From an uncultured Pseudomonadota bacterium (GTDB lineage Bacteria > Pseudomonadota > Alphaproteobacteria > RF32 > CAG-239), in contig CASFJS010000001.1 in the NCBI GenBank assembly GCA_949295085.1, positions 9,121 through 73,120 on the forward strand: a DNA stretch of 64,000 nt, given 5' to 3'. The notes beneath the pieces are model-generated. The model searched no databases. It saw only the letters and a program-made list of their open reading frames with translations, and had not been told where the DNA came from. Made by a program: the position numbers and the translations under genes. This document shows positions 45,632-53,525 of this stretch, one piece after another. The stretch's first letter is position 1; every line of letters starts with the position of its first letter.

Positions 45632-47389
45632 ATGGATTATGATACCCTGTTTCAAAGAGCCCTGCAATATTTTGATGCTGGCAATTTAGTTGCGGCCGAA
45701 GACACCGCGCGACAGATTATTCGCGCGGTTCCCGATCAACCGGATGTCCTGAATCTGCTGGGGCTTATCGCCCAAAACAAAGGACTGCACCAACAGGCAG
45801 GCCCCTATTTTGCCGCGGCCATCCGGCAGCAACCGGAAAATGCTGTTTTTTACTTCAATCTGGCCTTTTCTTTGCGTGCCGCTGGAAAAGATACCGAAGC
45901 TTTATATAATTTTAACAAAGTACTGCAATTGGCTCCTCACATTAAAGAAACCTATAATGAAATAGCTTTTATTTTTGAAAACCGACATCAGTTGGATGAA
46001 GCACGCCGATATTGGCAAACAGCTTTGCAGATGGATAATCGCTACATCATTGCCGCTGTTAATCTGGCCAACAGTTATCGTCTTGATAATCCGTCAAAAG
46101 CCGAAGAAGATTTGCGCCGCCTCAGCTTGGACTGGCCGGAAATATCTTTAATATGGTATGATTTAGCGTGGCTGGCTTATAATCGTAAGGATTTGCAAGA
46201 GGCTTTGCATTGCCTTGAAAAAGCCGCTTCCCTGCACCCAAAATCGGATGTCGTTCATTACCTTTTCGGATTAATTTTTCAAGAAAGCGGACAAAAAAAA
46301 GCCGCCGTCGAAAATTTTGAACAAGCTATCACCCTTAACCCCGATAACATCAACGCATTATTACATCTGGCTGATATCTATAGTCTGGACAACAATTACC
46401 GACCGGCCGAAAAACTTTATAAACGTATTTTAGAATTGGCACCGGATAATTTTGCCGCCTGTAATAATTATGCCGAAATGCTTTATCGGCAAAAACGTCT
46501 GCCCGAAGCTCTGGAAACATACCGCCGAGCCGTTATTATCAACGCACAATCCGCCGAGGTTTGCAATAACCTTGGCGTGATTTTAAAAGATCTTAAAGAA
46601 TATACGGAGGCTGCAGCCTTATTCATAAACGCCCTGAAACTTAATTCTCATCAAACCGAAACGGCTGTTAATCTGGCAGAAACCATAACTCTGCTGGCAC
46701 AAACGGATGATTCTGCCGCTTTACGCATTGCTCAAAATTGGCACAATCTTTTTCCGAACGATCCGTTTGCCACCCACACATTAGCCGCCCTGAAAGGAGA
46801 AACCGTTGCCGATACTCAGGTTTTTATTGAAAAGTTGTTTGACAATTTCGCTGATAATTACGAATTGGTTATGCAAAATCTGGATTATCAAGCTCCGCTG
46901 GCTGTCCGAAGAATTGCTGGACCTTTGGTCGGTCGTATTGCGGATCTGGGGTGTGGTTCGGGGCTTGTTGGTCAAGCTGTTAAAACGGATCAAAATTATC
47001 TGATCGGAGTTGATATATCATCAAAAATGCTGCAACAGGCAAAGGCCAAGCAGGTTTATGATGAGTTGATTAAAGAAGATATCCTGACTTTTTTACACCG
47101 CCGCTTTGATTTTGACTGGGTCTTGGCGATTGATGTCGCCGGCTACTTGGGGGTATTGGATGAATTTGTGGCGTCCTGCCGCGGTAAAAATCTTATTTTT
47201 TCAATTGAAACTTTAGCTGGCGACCAAGTTTGCCAACGTCAAAAAAACGGCCGTTTCAAACACAATCCGCAAGCCGTACAAAATCTTTTACGGCAAAATA
47301 ATTTCACAAACATCACAATAGAAAATTTATCCCTGCGCAATGAAAACGAACATCCGGTCGCAGGTTGTATAATCAAAGCCCAACCTTAA
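45632..47389 (+). CDS. TPR-repeat protein fused to a class I SAM-dependent methyltransferase
   Basis: The N-terminal ~380 aa carry TPR periodicity. The C-terminal domain has motif I, IADLGCGSGLVG. Confidence 0.8.
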   Translation: MDYDTLFQRALQYFDAGNLVAAEDTARQIIRAVPDQPDVLNLLGLIAQNKGLHQQAGPYFAAAIRQQPENAVFYFNLAFSLRAAGKDTEALYNFNKVLQLAPHIKETYNEIAFIFENRHQLDEARRYWQTALQMDNRYIIAAVNLANSYRLDNPSKAEEDLRRLSLDWPEISLIWYDLAWLAYNRKDLQEALHCLEKAASLHPKSDVVHYLFGLIFQESGQKKAAVENFEQAITLNPDNINALLHLADIYSLDNNYRPAEKLYKRILELAPDNFAACNNYAEMLYRQKRLPEALETYRRAVIINAQSAEVCNNLGVILKDLKEYTEAAALFINALKLNSHQTETAVNLAETITLLAQTDDSAALRIAQNWHNLFPNDPFATHTLAALKGETVADTQVFIEKLFDNFADNYELVMQNLDYQAPLAVRRIAGPLVGRIADLGCGSGLVGQAVKTDQNYLIGVDISSKMLQQAKAKQVYDELIKEDILTFLHRRFDFDWVLAIDVAGYLGVLDEFVASCRGKNLIFSIETLAGDQVCQRQKNGRFKHNPQAVQNLLRQNNFTNITIENLSLRNENEHPVAGCIIKAQP

Positions 47390-47408
47390 ATTATTCAGAC
47401 ATAAAAAA

Positions 47409-47446
47409 AGACTCCGACCAAAAAGGAGTAAAAAAAATCGGAGTCT
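47409..47446. terminator. hairpin between convergent genes
   Basis: agactccga...tcggagtct forms a 9-bp stem with a large loop. An alternative inner stem is actcc/ggagt. A and T runs lie on both sides. Confidence 0.45.
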
Positions 47447-47459
47447 TCTCTTTCGCACT

Positions 47460-47825
47460 CTAAGCATTGGCATACGAACGTACGCTTTGAACCGCCGGCG
47501 AATATAAAAAACTGTACCTGGTTTTAAACTCGGCCAAATCTTTATTAAAATCCCCCATCTTAAAACCGGCTCTGATATAGGTATTAAGCGCTATATCGAT
47601 ATAATGGCTTTCGGTCTCATATGGCACATGATTGGCTATGACGGCCATTGCTTTTGAGGCATTAAATTTAATAATAACTTCCTGAAAGAACACATGTTTG
47701 GTATTCACATTATCTCCGGTTCCGCAGGCTTCAAACAAAGCAGCAAAAATCTGCTCTTTTGAAATATGGGGCTTTTGCATGATATTTAAAAACCTCAGCC
47801 CCTGCTCTTTGCTAATTTTCATCAT
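47460..47825 (-). CDS. hypothetical protein (121 aa)
   Basis: ATG preceded by GGAGGG. No family recognised. Confidence 0.55.
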   Translation of the reverse strand: MMKISKEQGLRFLNIMQKPHISKEQIFAALFEACGTGDNVNTKHVFFQEVIIKFNASKAMAVIANHVPYETESHYIDIALNTYIRAGFKMGDFNKDLAEFKTRYSFLYSPAVQSVRSYANA

Positions 47826-47989
47826 AATACCCTCCTTAAATGAAGGTTTGTTCTATGATTATAATATACCATATTTTAGCTCATAAAACAAGTATTTTGT
47901 AACAAAACTGTAACATTTTATCAGCCGCCGCATATTGGAAACTATTTGCCCAATAAAGATTTTTATAAAAAAGCAGTCTTTCGGCCCCA

Positions 47990-48313
47990 TTAACGATGCT
48001 TAAGCTGATTCACCTTACGGTGCGATAATTCGATAACGGCGTCAAAATTATCTTCGGGACAAACTTTATTGCGGCGGACAAAACCACATTTTTGGCAACG
48101 ATGCACCAATATATACTTGCCGTCTTTTAGTTCCAAATCAATCGGCTCCATCAATCCGCCGCATTCTTCGGCACGATCTCCCGGATTAATGTCAACATGC
48201 TTGGAATAAAGGCAATTCGGGCAATGATTAGTATACCCGTTACCGCGAACCTCCGCTCCGCAATGCTCGCAAACAAAATCTTCTTTTTTACGTTGAAACT
48301 GCCGCATTTTCAC
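47990..48313 (-). CDS. RNHCP-domain zinc-ribbon protein
   Basis: CEHCG...YTNHCPNCLYSKHVD...CQKCG, giving multiple CxxC pairs and the eponymous NHCP motif. Confidence 0.72.
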   Translation of the reverse strand: MKMRQFQRKKEDFVCEHCGAEVRGNGYTNHCPNCLYSKHVDINPGDRAEECGGLMEPIDLELKDGKYILVHRCQKCGFVRRNKVCPEDNFDAVIELSHRKVNQLKHR

Positions 48314-48496
48314 AAAACTTTCAATTGCATAACAAAAATTCGTTTAGCCTAATATCAGCCAACTAAAATAAATCACAAGACTAAATTTACTACCGCAAAT
48401 CAATATACTAATACATTTATCTAAATGTGAAAAGTAGCCATATTTACAATTTGTGTCAAGAGTTTTGCATTTTCATATATCAATTAAATTCACCAT

Positions 48497-48613
48497 GGTC
48501 GGGGAGCTTTTGGCGTATGTTCAGAAGTTTTTTGACTTTAAAGGCTAAGAGAATCATTTAAGCATATATGATTGATGAACTCTCCGACCACCTTGAAAAA
48601 GGTGGCTTTTGTT
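48497..48613 (+). ncRNA. candidate structured RNA / cis-regulatory leader with an intrinsic terminator (class not recognised)
   Basis: A 10-bp closing helix pairs ggtcggggag (48497-48506) with ctctccgacc (48580-48589). An internal hairpin pairs aatcat with atgatt (48552-48573). The terminator ccacc-ttgaaaaa-ggtgg-cttttgtt (48588-48613) follows. The element ends 27 nt before ATG 48640. Confidence 0.3.
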
Positions 48614-48639
48614 AATCACAAAAAAGGGAGTTATATCAT

Positions 48640-48924
48640 ATGAAAAAATTAATATTAGTATTAATGACAGCAACAATGCTATCTGGCTGCTCATCAATTG
48701 TCAAAGGCAGCAGACAAACCATTAACATTTCAACCAGCACGGGCAAACAAGCTGATGCAGTCATAACAACATCGGAAGGGCAACAAAATATTACCCTGCC
48801 GCGCTCTGTTTCCGTAAAGACAACAAGCGGAGATATCGTGGTTGATGTAAAAGAAACTCGTTGTAACACATCTTCATCAACGGTTATTCCAACTACAATC
48901 ACGCTGAACATTCAAGCAGCCTGA
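48640..48924 (+). CDS. small lipoprotein (94 aa)
   Basis: GGGAG RBS, signal peptide with lipobox MLSGC, and a Ser/Thr-rich beta-type sequence. Confidence 0.6.
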   Translation: MKKLILVLMTATMLSGCSSIVKGSRQTINISTSTGKQADAVITTSEGQQNITLPRSVSVKTTSGDIVVDVKETRCNTSSSTVIPTTITLNIQAA

Positions 48925-48976
48925 TAACCGGTCTATCTTTACATTTTTAAGGAATATTCGGAATTCTTTGTTTATA

Positions 48977-48994
48977 TGGTCGGGACTATTGGAT
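48977..48994 (-). repeat. 18-nt perfect direct repeat of the tRNA-Pro 3' end (att-like scar)
   Basis: tggtcgggactattggat is identical to 49124-49141, which covers CCA, the discriminator, the acceptor 3' strand and the T-stem 3' strand. Confidence 0.8.
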
Positions 48995-49074
48995 GACTTC
49001 GTTCACGGCGCTCATTCGCTTGTCGCTCATCGGCGTACTCTCGTCCGCCTTTCGCTTGTAGTCAAACCAACGCC

Positions 49075-49097
49075 TCGTTGGTTCGCATCCAATAGTT
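49075..49097 (+). repeat. inverted partial copy of the tRNA-Pro T-arm
   Basis: tcgttggttcgcatccaatagt matches the sense tRNA sequence tcgttggttcgaatccaatagt at all but one position, in the opposite orientation. It also sits in the palindrome aaccaacg-cct-cgttggtt. Confidence 0.7.
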
Positions 49098-49123
49098 TCA
49101 AAATTTTTCCTCAGTTCAAAATC

Positions 49124-49200
49124 TGGTCGGGACTATTGGATTCGAACCAACGACATCTTGCTCCCAAAGCAAGCGCTCTACCAGGCTGAGCTAAGTCCCG
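49124..49200 (-). tRNA. tRNA-Pro (anticodon UGG), CCA encoded
   Basis: The reverse complement folds as a cloverleaf: CGGGACT/AGTCCCG acceptor, GCTC/GAGC D-stem, CTTGC-TTTGGGA-GCAAG anticodon arm (TGG), GTTGG-TTCGAAT-CCAAT T-arm, then A-CCA. Confidence 0.95.
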
Positions 49201-49218
49201 TTTGACAAAACACTGTTA

Positions 49219-49247
49219 TATTTAGCCTAACATTTTTGTTAACGCAA
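49219..49247 (-). promoter_or_regulatory. putative tRNA-Pro promoter
   Basis: Minus strand: TTGCGT (49247-49242), 17-nt spacer, TAAATA (49224-49219), about 20 nt upstream of the tRNA 5' end. Confidence 0.35.
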
Positions 49248-49260
49248 GATATTTTTGCTT

Positions 49261-50553
49261 TCATGTGTTAAAATACCGCAAATCGGTCTGATTGGCTTTT
49301 ACCGTTAACAACAGGGTATCTCCGTTGACACGTTGCGACAGTACCCGAGCGTGTTTGTATATTGCGGCCAATCTTTTGCCGTCAGCCGCCGGGATAGCAA
49401 GATTCATAATTTCCGCATCGGTCGCCAGACTGTCATCCATTTTCTGCAAAACGTCCTGCTTTCCCTCACCTGTCAAGGCTGACAAACAAACCATTCCGCC
49501 GACTTGCGCTTTAACGATAAGCTCGTCTTTTTTCCCCGACGGTAGCAAATCAATTTTATTCAAGACTTCCAGATATTTTGAAGAATGTACAACATCTTTC
49601 AAACCGAGCTTTTCAAGCACTTGCAAAACATCCTGACGTTGTTCCCGGCTATTGTCGGAAGCCGCATCGCGAACATGCACCACCAAATCAGCGGCCAAAA
49701 CCTCCTCAAGCGTTGCCCGAAAAGCCATAACCAATTCATGCGGCAAATCTGAAATAAAGCCGACCGTATCCGATAAGATAATTTCCCTGCCGGACGGCAG
49801 CTTAACTTTGCGCATCGACGGATCAAGCGTCGCAAACAACAGATCCTCGGCCAACATCTTACTGCCGGCAAGCAAATTAAACAAAGTCGACTTTCCGGCA
49901 TTGGTATACCCAACCAGCGCAACAACCGGATACGGCACCCTCTGACGAGCCGAGCGTTGAATTTGCCGCGTCTTTTTTACTTTTTCAAGCAGTCTTTTTA
50001 TTTTAACGATTTTTTCGTCAATCAAGCGTCTGTCAAGCTCAATCTGTGTTTCGCCGGGGCCTCCGAGAAAACCGGCGCCGCCGCGCTGACGTTCAAGATG
50101 CGTCCAGCTGCGCACCAACCGGCTTCGCTGATATGTCAAATGAGCCAGCTCAACTTGGAGTTTTCCCTCTTTGGTTTGTGCTCGTTCACCGAATATTTCC
50201 AATATCAGTGCCGGCCGGTCTATAACTTTTACCTGAAGTTTTTGTTCCAGATTACGCTGCTGAATGGGAGTCAGGTTTGTATCAATAATAACTAAAGTTA
50301 CACCACTTGTAATCAGTGTGTTTGCCAATCTTTCAATAACACCCTGCCCCATAAGCGTGGCCGGTTTTATGGTGCGCAAACGGACGATTTCTTTATAAAC
50401 GACATCCAAACTGATTGCCCGCGCCAAACCGACAGCTTCCTCCAAACGCGCCTCGGCCGACAACGCAATTCTTTGCTCTGCATAATCCGGAAAAACAACG
50501 GCAGCCCTTACAATTGATTTTTTGCCACCGTCAAGCAATGTTACCTCAGCCAC
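49261..50553 (-). CDS. hflX: GTPase HflX
   Basis: G1 motif GYTNAGKSTLFN, DTVGF and NKID. The GTG start directly abuts the hfq stop. Confidence 0.92.
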   Translation of the reverse strand: MAEVTLLDGGKKSIVRAAVVFPDYAEQRIALSAEARLEEAVGLARAISLDVVYKEIVRLRTIKPATLMGQGVIERLANTLITSGVTLVIIDTNLTPIQQRNLEQKLQVKVIDRPALILEIFGERAQTKEGKLQVELAHLTYQRSRLVRSWTHLERQRGGAGFLGGPGETQIELDRRLIDEKIVKIKRLLEKVKKTRQIQRSARQRVPYPVVALVGYTNAGKSTLFNLLAGSKMLAEDLLFATLDPSMRKVKLPSGREIILSDTVGFISDLPHELVMAFRATLEEVLAADLVVHVRDAASDNSREQRQDVLQVLEKLGLKDVVHSSKYLEVLNKIDLLPSGKKDELIVKAQVGGMVCLSALTGEGKQDVLQKMDDSLATDAEIMNLAIPAADGKRLAAIYKHARVLSQRVNGDTLLLTVKANQTDLRYFNT

Positions 50554-50769
50554 TTAAATCTCAACAGCTTCGCCTGGCATAATTGTCGAAACGGCATGCT
50601 TGTAAATCAACTGAGTGTGTCCGTCCCGCCGCAACAAAACGGCCGCCTCGTCAAACCAGGTAATAATACCCTGCAACTTAACCCCGTTAACCAAAAAAAC
50701 GGTTACCGCAATCTCTTTTTCTTTTAAATGATTTAAGAATTTCATTTCAATTTCTTGGTTTGTGCTCAT
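50554..50769 (-). CDS. hfq: RNA chaperone Hfq
   Basis: Sm1/Sm2 motifs: [17 protein letters not shown] and YKHAVSTI. 71 aa. Confidence 0.93.
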   Translation of the reverse strand: MSTNQEIEMKFLNHLKEKEIAVTVFLVNGVKLQGIITWFDEAAVLLRRDGHTQLIYKHAVSTIMPGEAVEI

Positions 50770-50842
50770 AGGTTTAGTTCCTTGTTGTCATTATTATTGT
50801 CTGATTATTTTAATATCATTTTTAAGGAGCTGTCAAAGATTT

Positions 50843-52198
50843 TTAGCAAAAAATCTTCTCGGCCTGCTTAACGGCCGCGGAATCGACATAAATCAAAAGC
50901 GAATCTCCTCTTTCCAATTTAGTCGTCGGATCGGCATAAATCAATGTCTCGCCTCGTAACAAGGCAAAAATCCGGCAAGTTTTCGGCAAACTTAATTCCC
51001 CTGTTTTTTTATCACAATACGTACTATCTTCTTCTACGTCGATTTCCCAGATTTCTCCCATTTCACGCGCCACCGAATAAGCCTCTTTGATTTTTGCCTT
51101 GCGAATTTCTTTTAAGACACGCGATATCGCCAAGGCGCTGCGGTCAACCAGAATATTATCGGTAATGTTAAACATTAAATTATTATACGACGGTGTGTTA
51201 ATAACCGAAATTGTTGTTCCGACCCCGTTTTTGGATGCCAATAAAGACGCCAGCAAATTATCCTTGTCATTATCGGTCAAAGCAATAACCGCATCGGCAT
51301 GACTGATATCGGCTTCTTTTAAGATAACGTCGCTCATCATTTCGCCATGTATAACCACCACATGATTCAAATTACGAGCCAATTTTCTGGCCTTATCAAT
51401 ATCTTCTTCAATCAGCCGGCATGAAACAATACTGTCATCAAGTTCTATCTGATCACCGATAAATTCTGCAATCTCATTACCGCCGAAAATAACCAATCTT
51501 TCGTTGGCCGGTTTTTCCAAACCGAAAGCAGCGATGGTGTTATAAACCTCATCGGCTTTGACCAAAATATTCACTTCATCGTTAACCTGCAAACTTTCAT
51601 ACATATCCGGCAAAAAGCTGATATCATGACGAATAATATTGATAAACCCGATATCCAAATCGGCCTGTCGCCCTATTTGTGACAACGGGACACCCAATAA
51701 CGGGCAATTTTCTTTAATATTCAACGTCATAACATAATAAGCATCATTCCAAACCGGCAATATTCCGGCACATCCCGGATACTGCAAAATTTTTAAGATA
51801 TTTGTTGCAATATCAATATCCGGTGAAATCAAAAGATCTATCGGCAGATGATTATCGTTATAAAGCATTCCCCACAACGGATCAATAAAAGTTTTACTCT
51901 TAATACTGGCAATTTTTTTAGGTATTTCAAACAATGTGTAAGCCAATAAACAAATAATCATATTCACTTCATCAACATCGGTCACGGCCAATATCATATC
52001 GCAATCTTTGGCGCCGGCTTTTTCCAAAACATCCGGATACGACGGTTTCCCCTGCACCGGTAAAATATCAAACTCCTTGGATATTTCATCAAGCGCATAC
52101 GCATCATCGTCAATAACCGTAATATCGTTATTACCTTTAACCAGATAACTAACGACGCTTCGTCCCAATTGTCCCGCACCGCAAACAATAATCTTCAT
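50843..52198 (-). CDS. trkA: Trk potassium uptake protein TrkA
   Basis: Two RCK/NAD-binding halves (IIVCGAGQLGRS and VIFGGNEIAEF). 451 aa. Confidence 0.9.
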   Translation of the reverse strand: MKIIVCGAGQLGRSVVSYLVKGNNDITVIDDDAYALDEISKEFDILPVQGKPSYPDVLEKAGAKDCDMILAVTDVDEVNMIICLLAYTLFEIPKKIASIKSKTFIDPLWGMLYNDNHLPIDLLISPDIDIATNILKILQYPGCAGILPVWNDAYYVMTLNIKENCPLLGVPLSQIGRQADLDIGFINIIRHDISFLPDMYESLQVNDEVNILVKADEVYNTIAAFGLEKPANERLVIFGGNEIAEFIGDQIELDDSIVSCRLIEEDIDKARKLARNLNHVVVIHGEMMSDVILKEADISHADAVIALTDNDKDNLLASLLASKNGVGTTISVINTPSYNNLMFNITDNILVDRSALAISRVLKEIRKAKIKEAYSVAREMGEIWEIDVEEDSTYCDKKTGELSLPKTCRIFALLRGETLIYADPTTKLERGDSLLIYVDSAAVKQAEKIFC

Positions 52199-53169
52199 TC
52201 CAGGGCTCCTTCCGTATGATGAGAAAAGAAACGATTTATTTCTTCCAAAGCTTGTTTCATATTGTCGATTTTAACATAACGCTCCCTAAACTTACGGGCA
52301 TCCCGAAAATTTTTGCAATACCAGCACACATACTTGCGCGCCAACCCCAGTGCAATGGGCTCACCGTAATAGGCAACCAATTCTTGCACATGTTTCAACA
52401 ACGTTGTTTTAATTGTATAAACATCAATTATCGGTTGTTCAATCCCTGTTTCCAGATAACTGTGTATCTGCGCAATCAGCCATGGTTGCCCGAGAGCAGC
52501 TCTCCCGACCATAACACCGTCGACCTTTGTATAATTTATCATTTGTTGTGCTTTTTGCGGACAATCGATATCCCCGTTCCCGATAACCGGAATCTTGACC
52601 GCATCCTTGACGGCGGCAATTGTATCCCAATCGGCCGTTCCGGAATACATTTCCGATCGGGTACGTCCGTGCACGGTCAAATAAGCCGCTCCGCAGTCTT
52701 CACACATCTTTGCAAACGCCACGGCATTGACGTTTTCACTGTCCCATCCTTTGCGAAATTTAACACTAACCGGCAAACTGACGGCATTTTTGACCGCCTC
52801 AATAATTTTGGCTGCCAAAATCATATCTTTCATCAAATACGCCCCCGAACGATTAGCAACGATTTTTTTTACCGGACACCCCATATTAATATCAATCGAA
52901 TAAGCCCCGAGCTCGGCAATTAATTTGGCCGCGTCGGCAAATATTGCCGGATCATTGCCGACCAACTGGACGACAACCGGATAATTTTCATCTCTGACGT
53001 CGGCAATTCTGTAAGTTTTTGGATTCCGCCGGGACAAAGCGTTAATCGCAACCATTTCCGAAACGATATTACCGCCGCCGAAAGAATGAACCAACCGACG
53101 CATCGGCTTATCGGTAATTCCGGCCATCGGTGCTAAAAAAACTTTGCTGTTCAATCCGCCTATAGCCAT
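52195..53169 (-). CDS. dusB: tRNA-dihydrouridine synthase B
   Basis: FLAPMAGITDKPMR and NMGCPVKK, with a Dus TIM barrel plus a helical C-terminus. The stop overlaps the trkA start. Confidence 0.9.
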   Translation of the reverse strand: MAIGGLNSKVFLAPMAGITDKPMRRLVHSFGGGNIVSEMVAINALSRRNPKTYRIADVRDENYPVVVQLVGNDPAIFADAAKLIAELGAYSIDINMGCPVKKIVANRSGAYLMKDMILAAKIIEAVKNAVSLPVSVKFRKGWDSENVNAVAFAKMCEDCGAAYLTVHGRTRSEMYSGTADWDTIAAVKDAVKIPVIGNGDIDCPQKAQQMINYTKVDGVMVGRAALGQPWLIAQIHSYLETGIEQPIIDVYTIKTTLLKHVQELVAYYGEPIALGLARKYVCWYCKNFRDARKFRERYVKIDNMKQALEEINRFFSHHTEGALE

Positions 53170-53523
53170 TTATACCCTAAAATCAAAATTTTGGTTGTTA
53201 TCAAAAATAAGCCCGTCAATCACCGAAGATTTTTTGTCAATACCCTCGGCATACCGGTACGCGCCGGCGGCATAACCATTATCGGTCGCCACAGCCTTAC
53301 CCAGCAACATATAAGCATTTTCGCTGTTTATAAGTTCATAGGATTGCACTTCCGTATACGAGACAAACCGGACTCTATCCGGTAGTCTGTCTGTATCCGT
53401 AGTTGAGATTTCCGTTTTACCGGGATATTGCTGCCGTTTGATTCGAGCCGCCGTTTCGGCAATCTGCCGGTGCAAACTATTAACATAATCATGAACGGAA
53501 GTCTGCGCCACACCAAGCCTCAA
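53170..53523 (-). CDS. hypothetical protein (about 113-117 aa), start uncertain (TTG 53523 or GTG 53511)
   Basis: The ORF exactly fills the gap between the giant gene's stop (53526) and the dusB ATG (53169). There is no ATG near its 5' end and no family is recognised. Confidence 0.4.
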   Translation of the reverse strand: MRLGVAQTSVHDYVNSLHRQIAETAARIKRQQYPGKTEISTTDTDRLPDRVRFVSYTEVQSYELINSENAYMLLGKAVATDNGYAAGAYRYAEGIDKKSSVIDGLIFDNNQNFDFRV

Positions 53524-53525
53524 AT

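Noticed and set aside
48497-48589. Possibility that the closed helix element is a tRNA, a tRNA-like pseudogene or a yybP-ykoY Mn riboswitch
   Set aside because: It has no D-loop or TPsiC-loop consensus (no GGTTCGA) and the enclosed 73 nt do not fold as a cloverleaf. Only the GGGGAG and TTGAC fragments of the yybP-ykoY consensus are present. I kept it as an unclassified structured-RNA candidate.
48968-49189. 73-aa plus-strand ORF
   Set aside because: It starts inside one tRNA-derived fragment, spans the other, and reads through the antisense strand of tRNA-Pro itself. It is an artefact.
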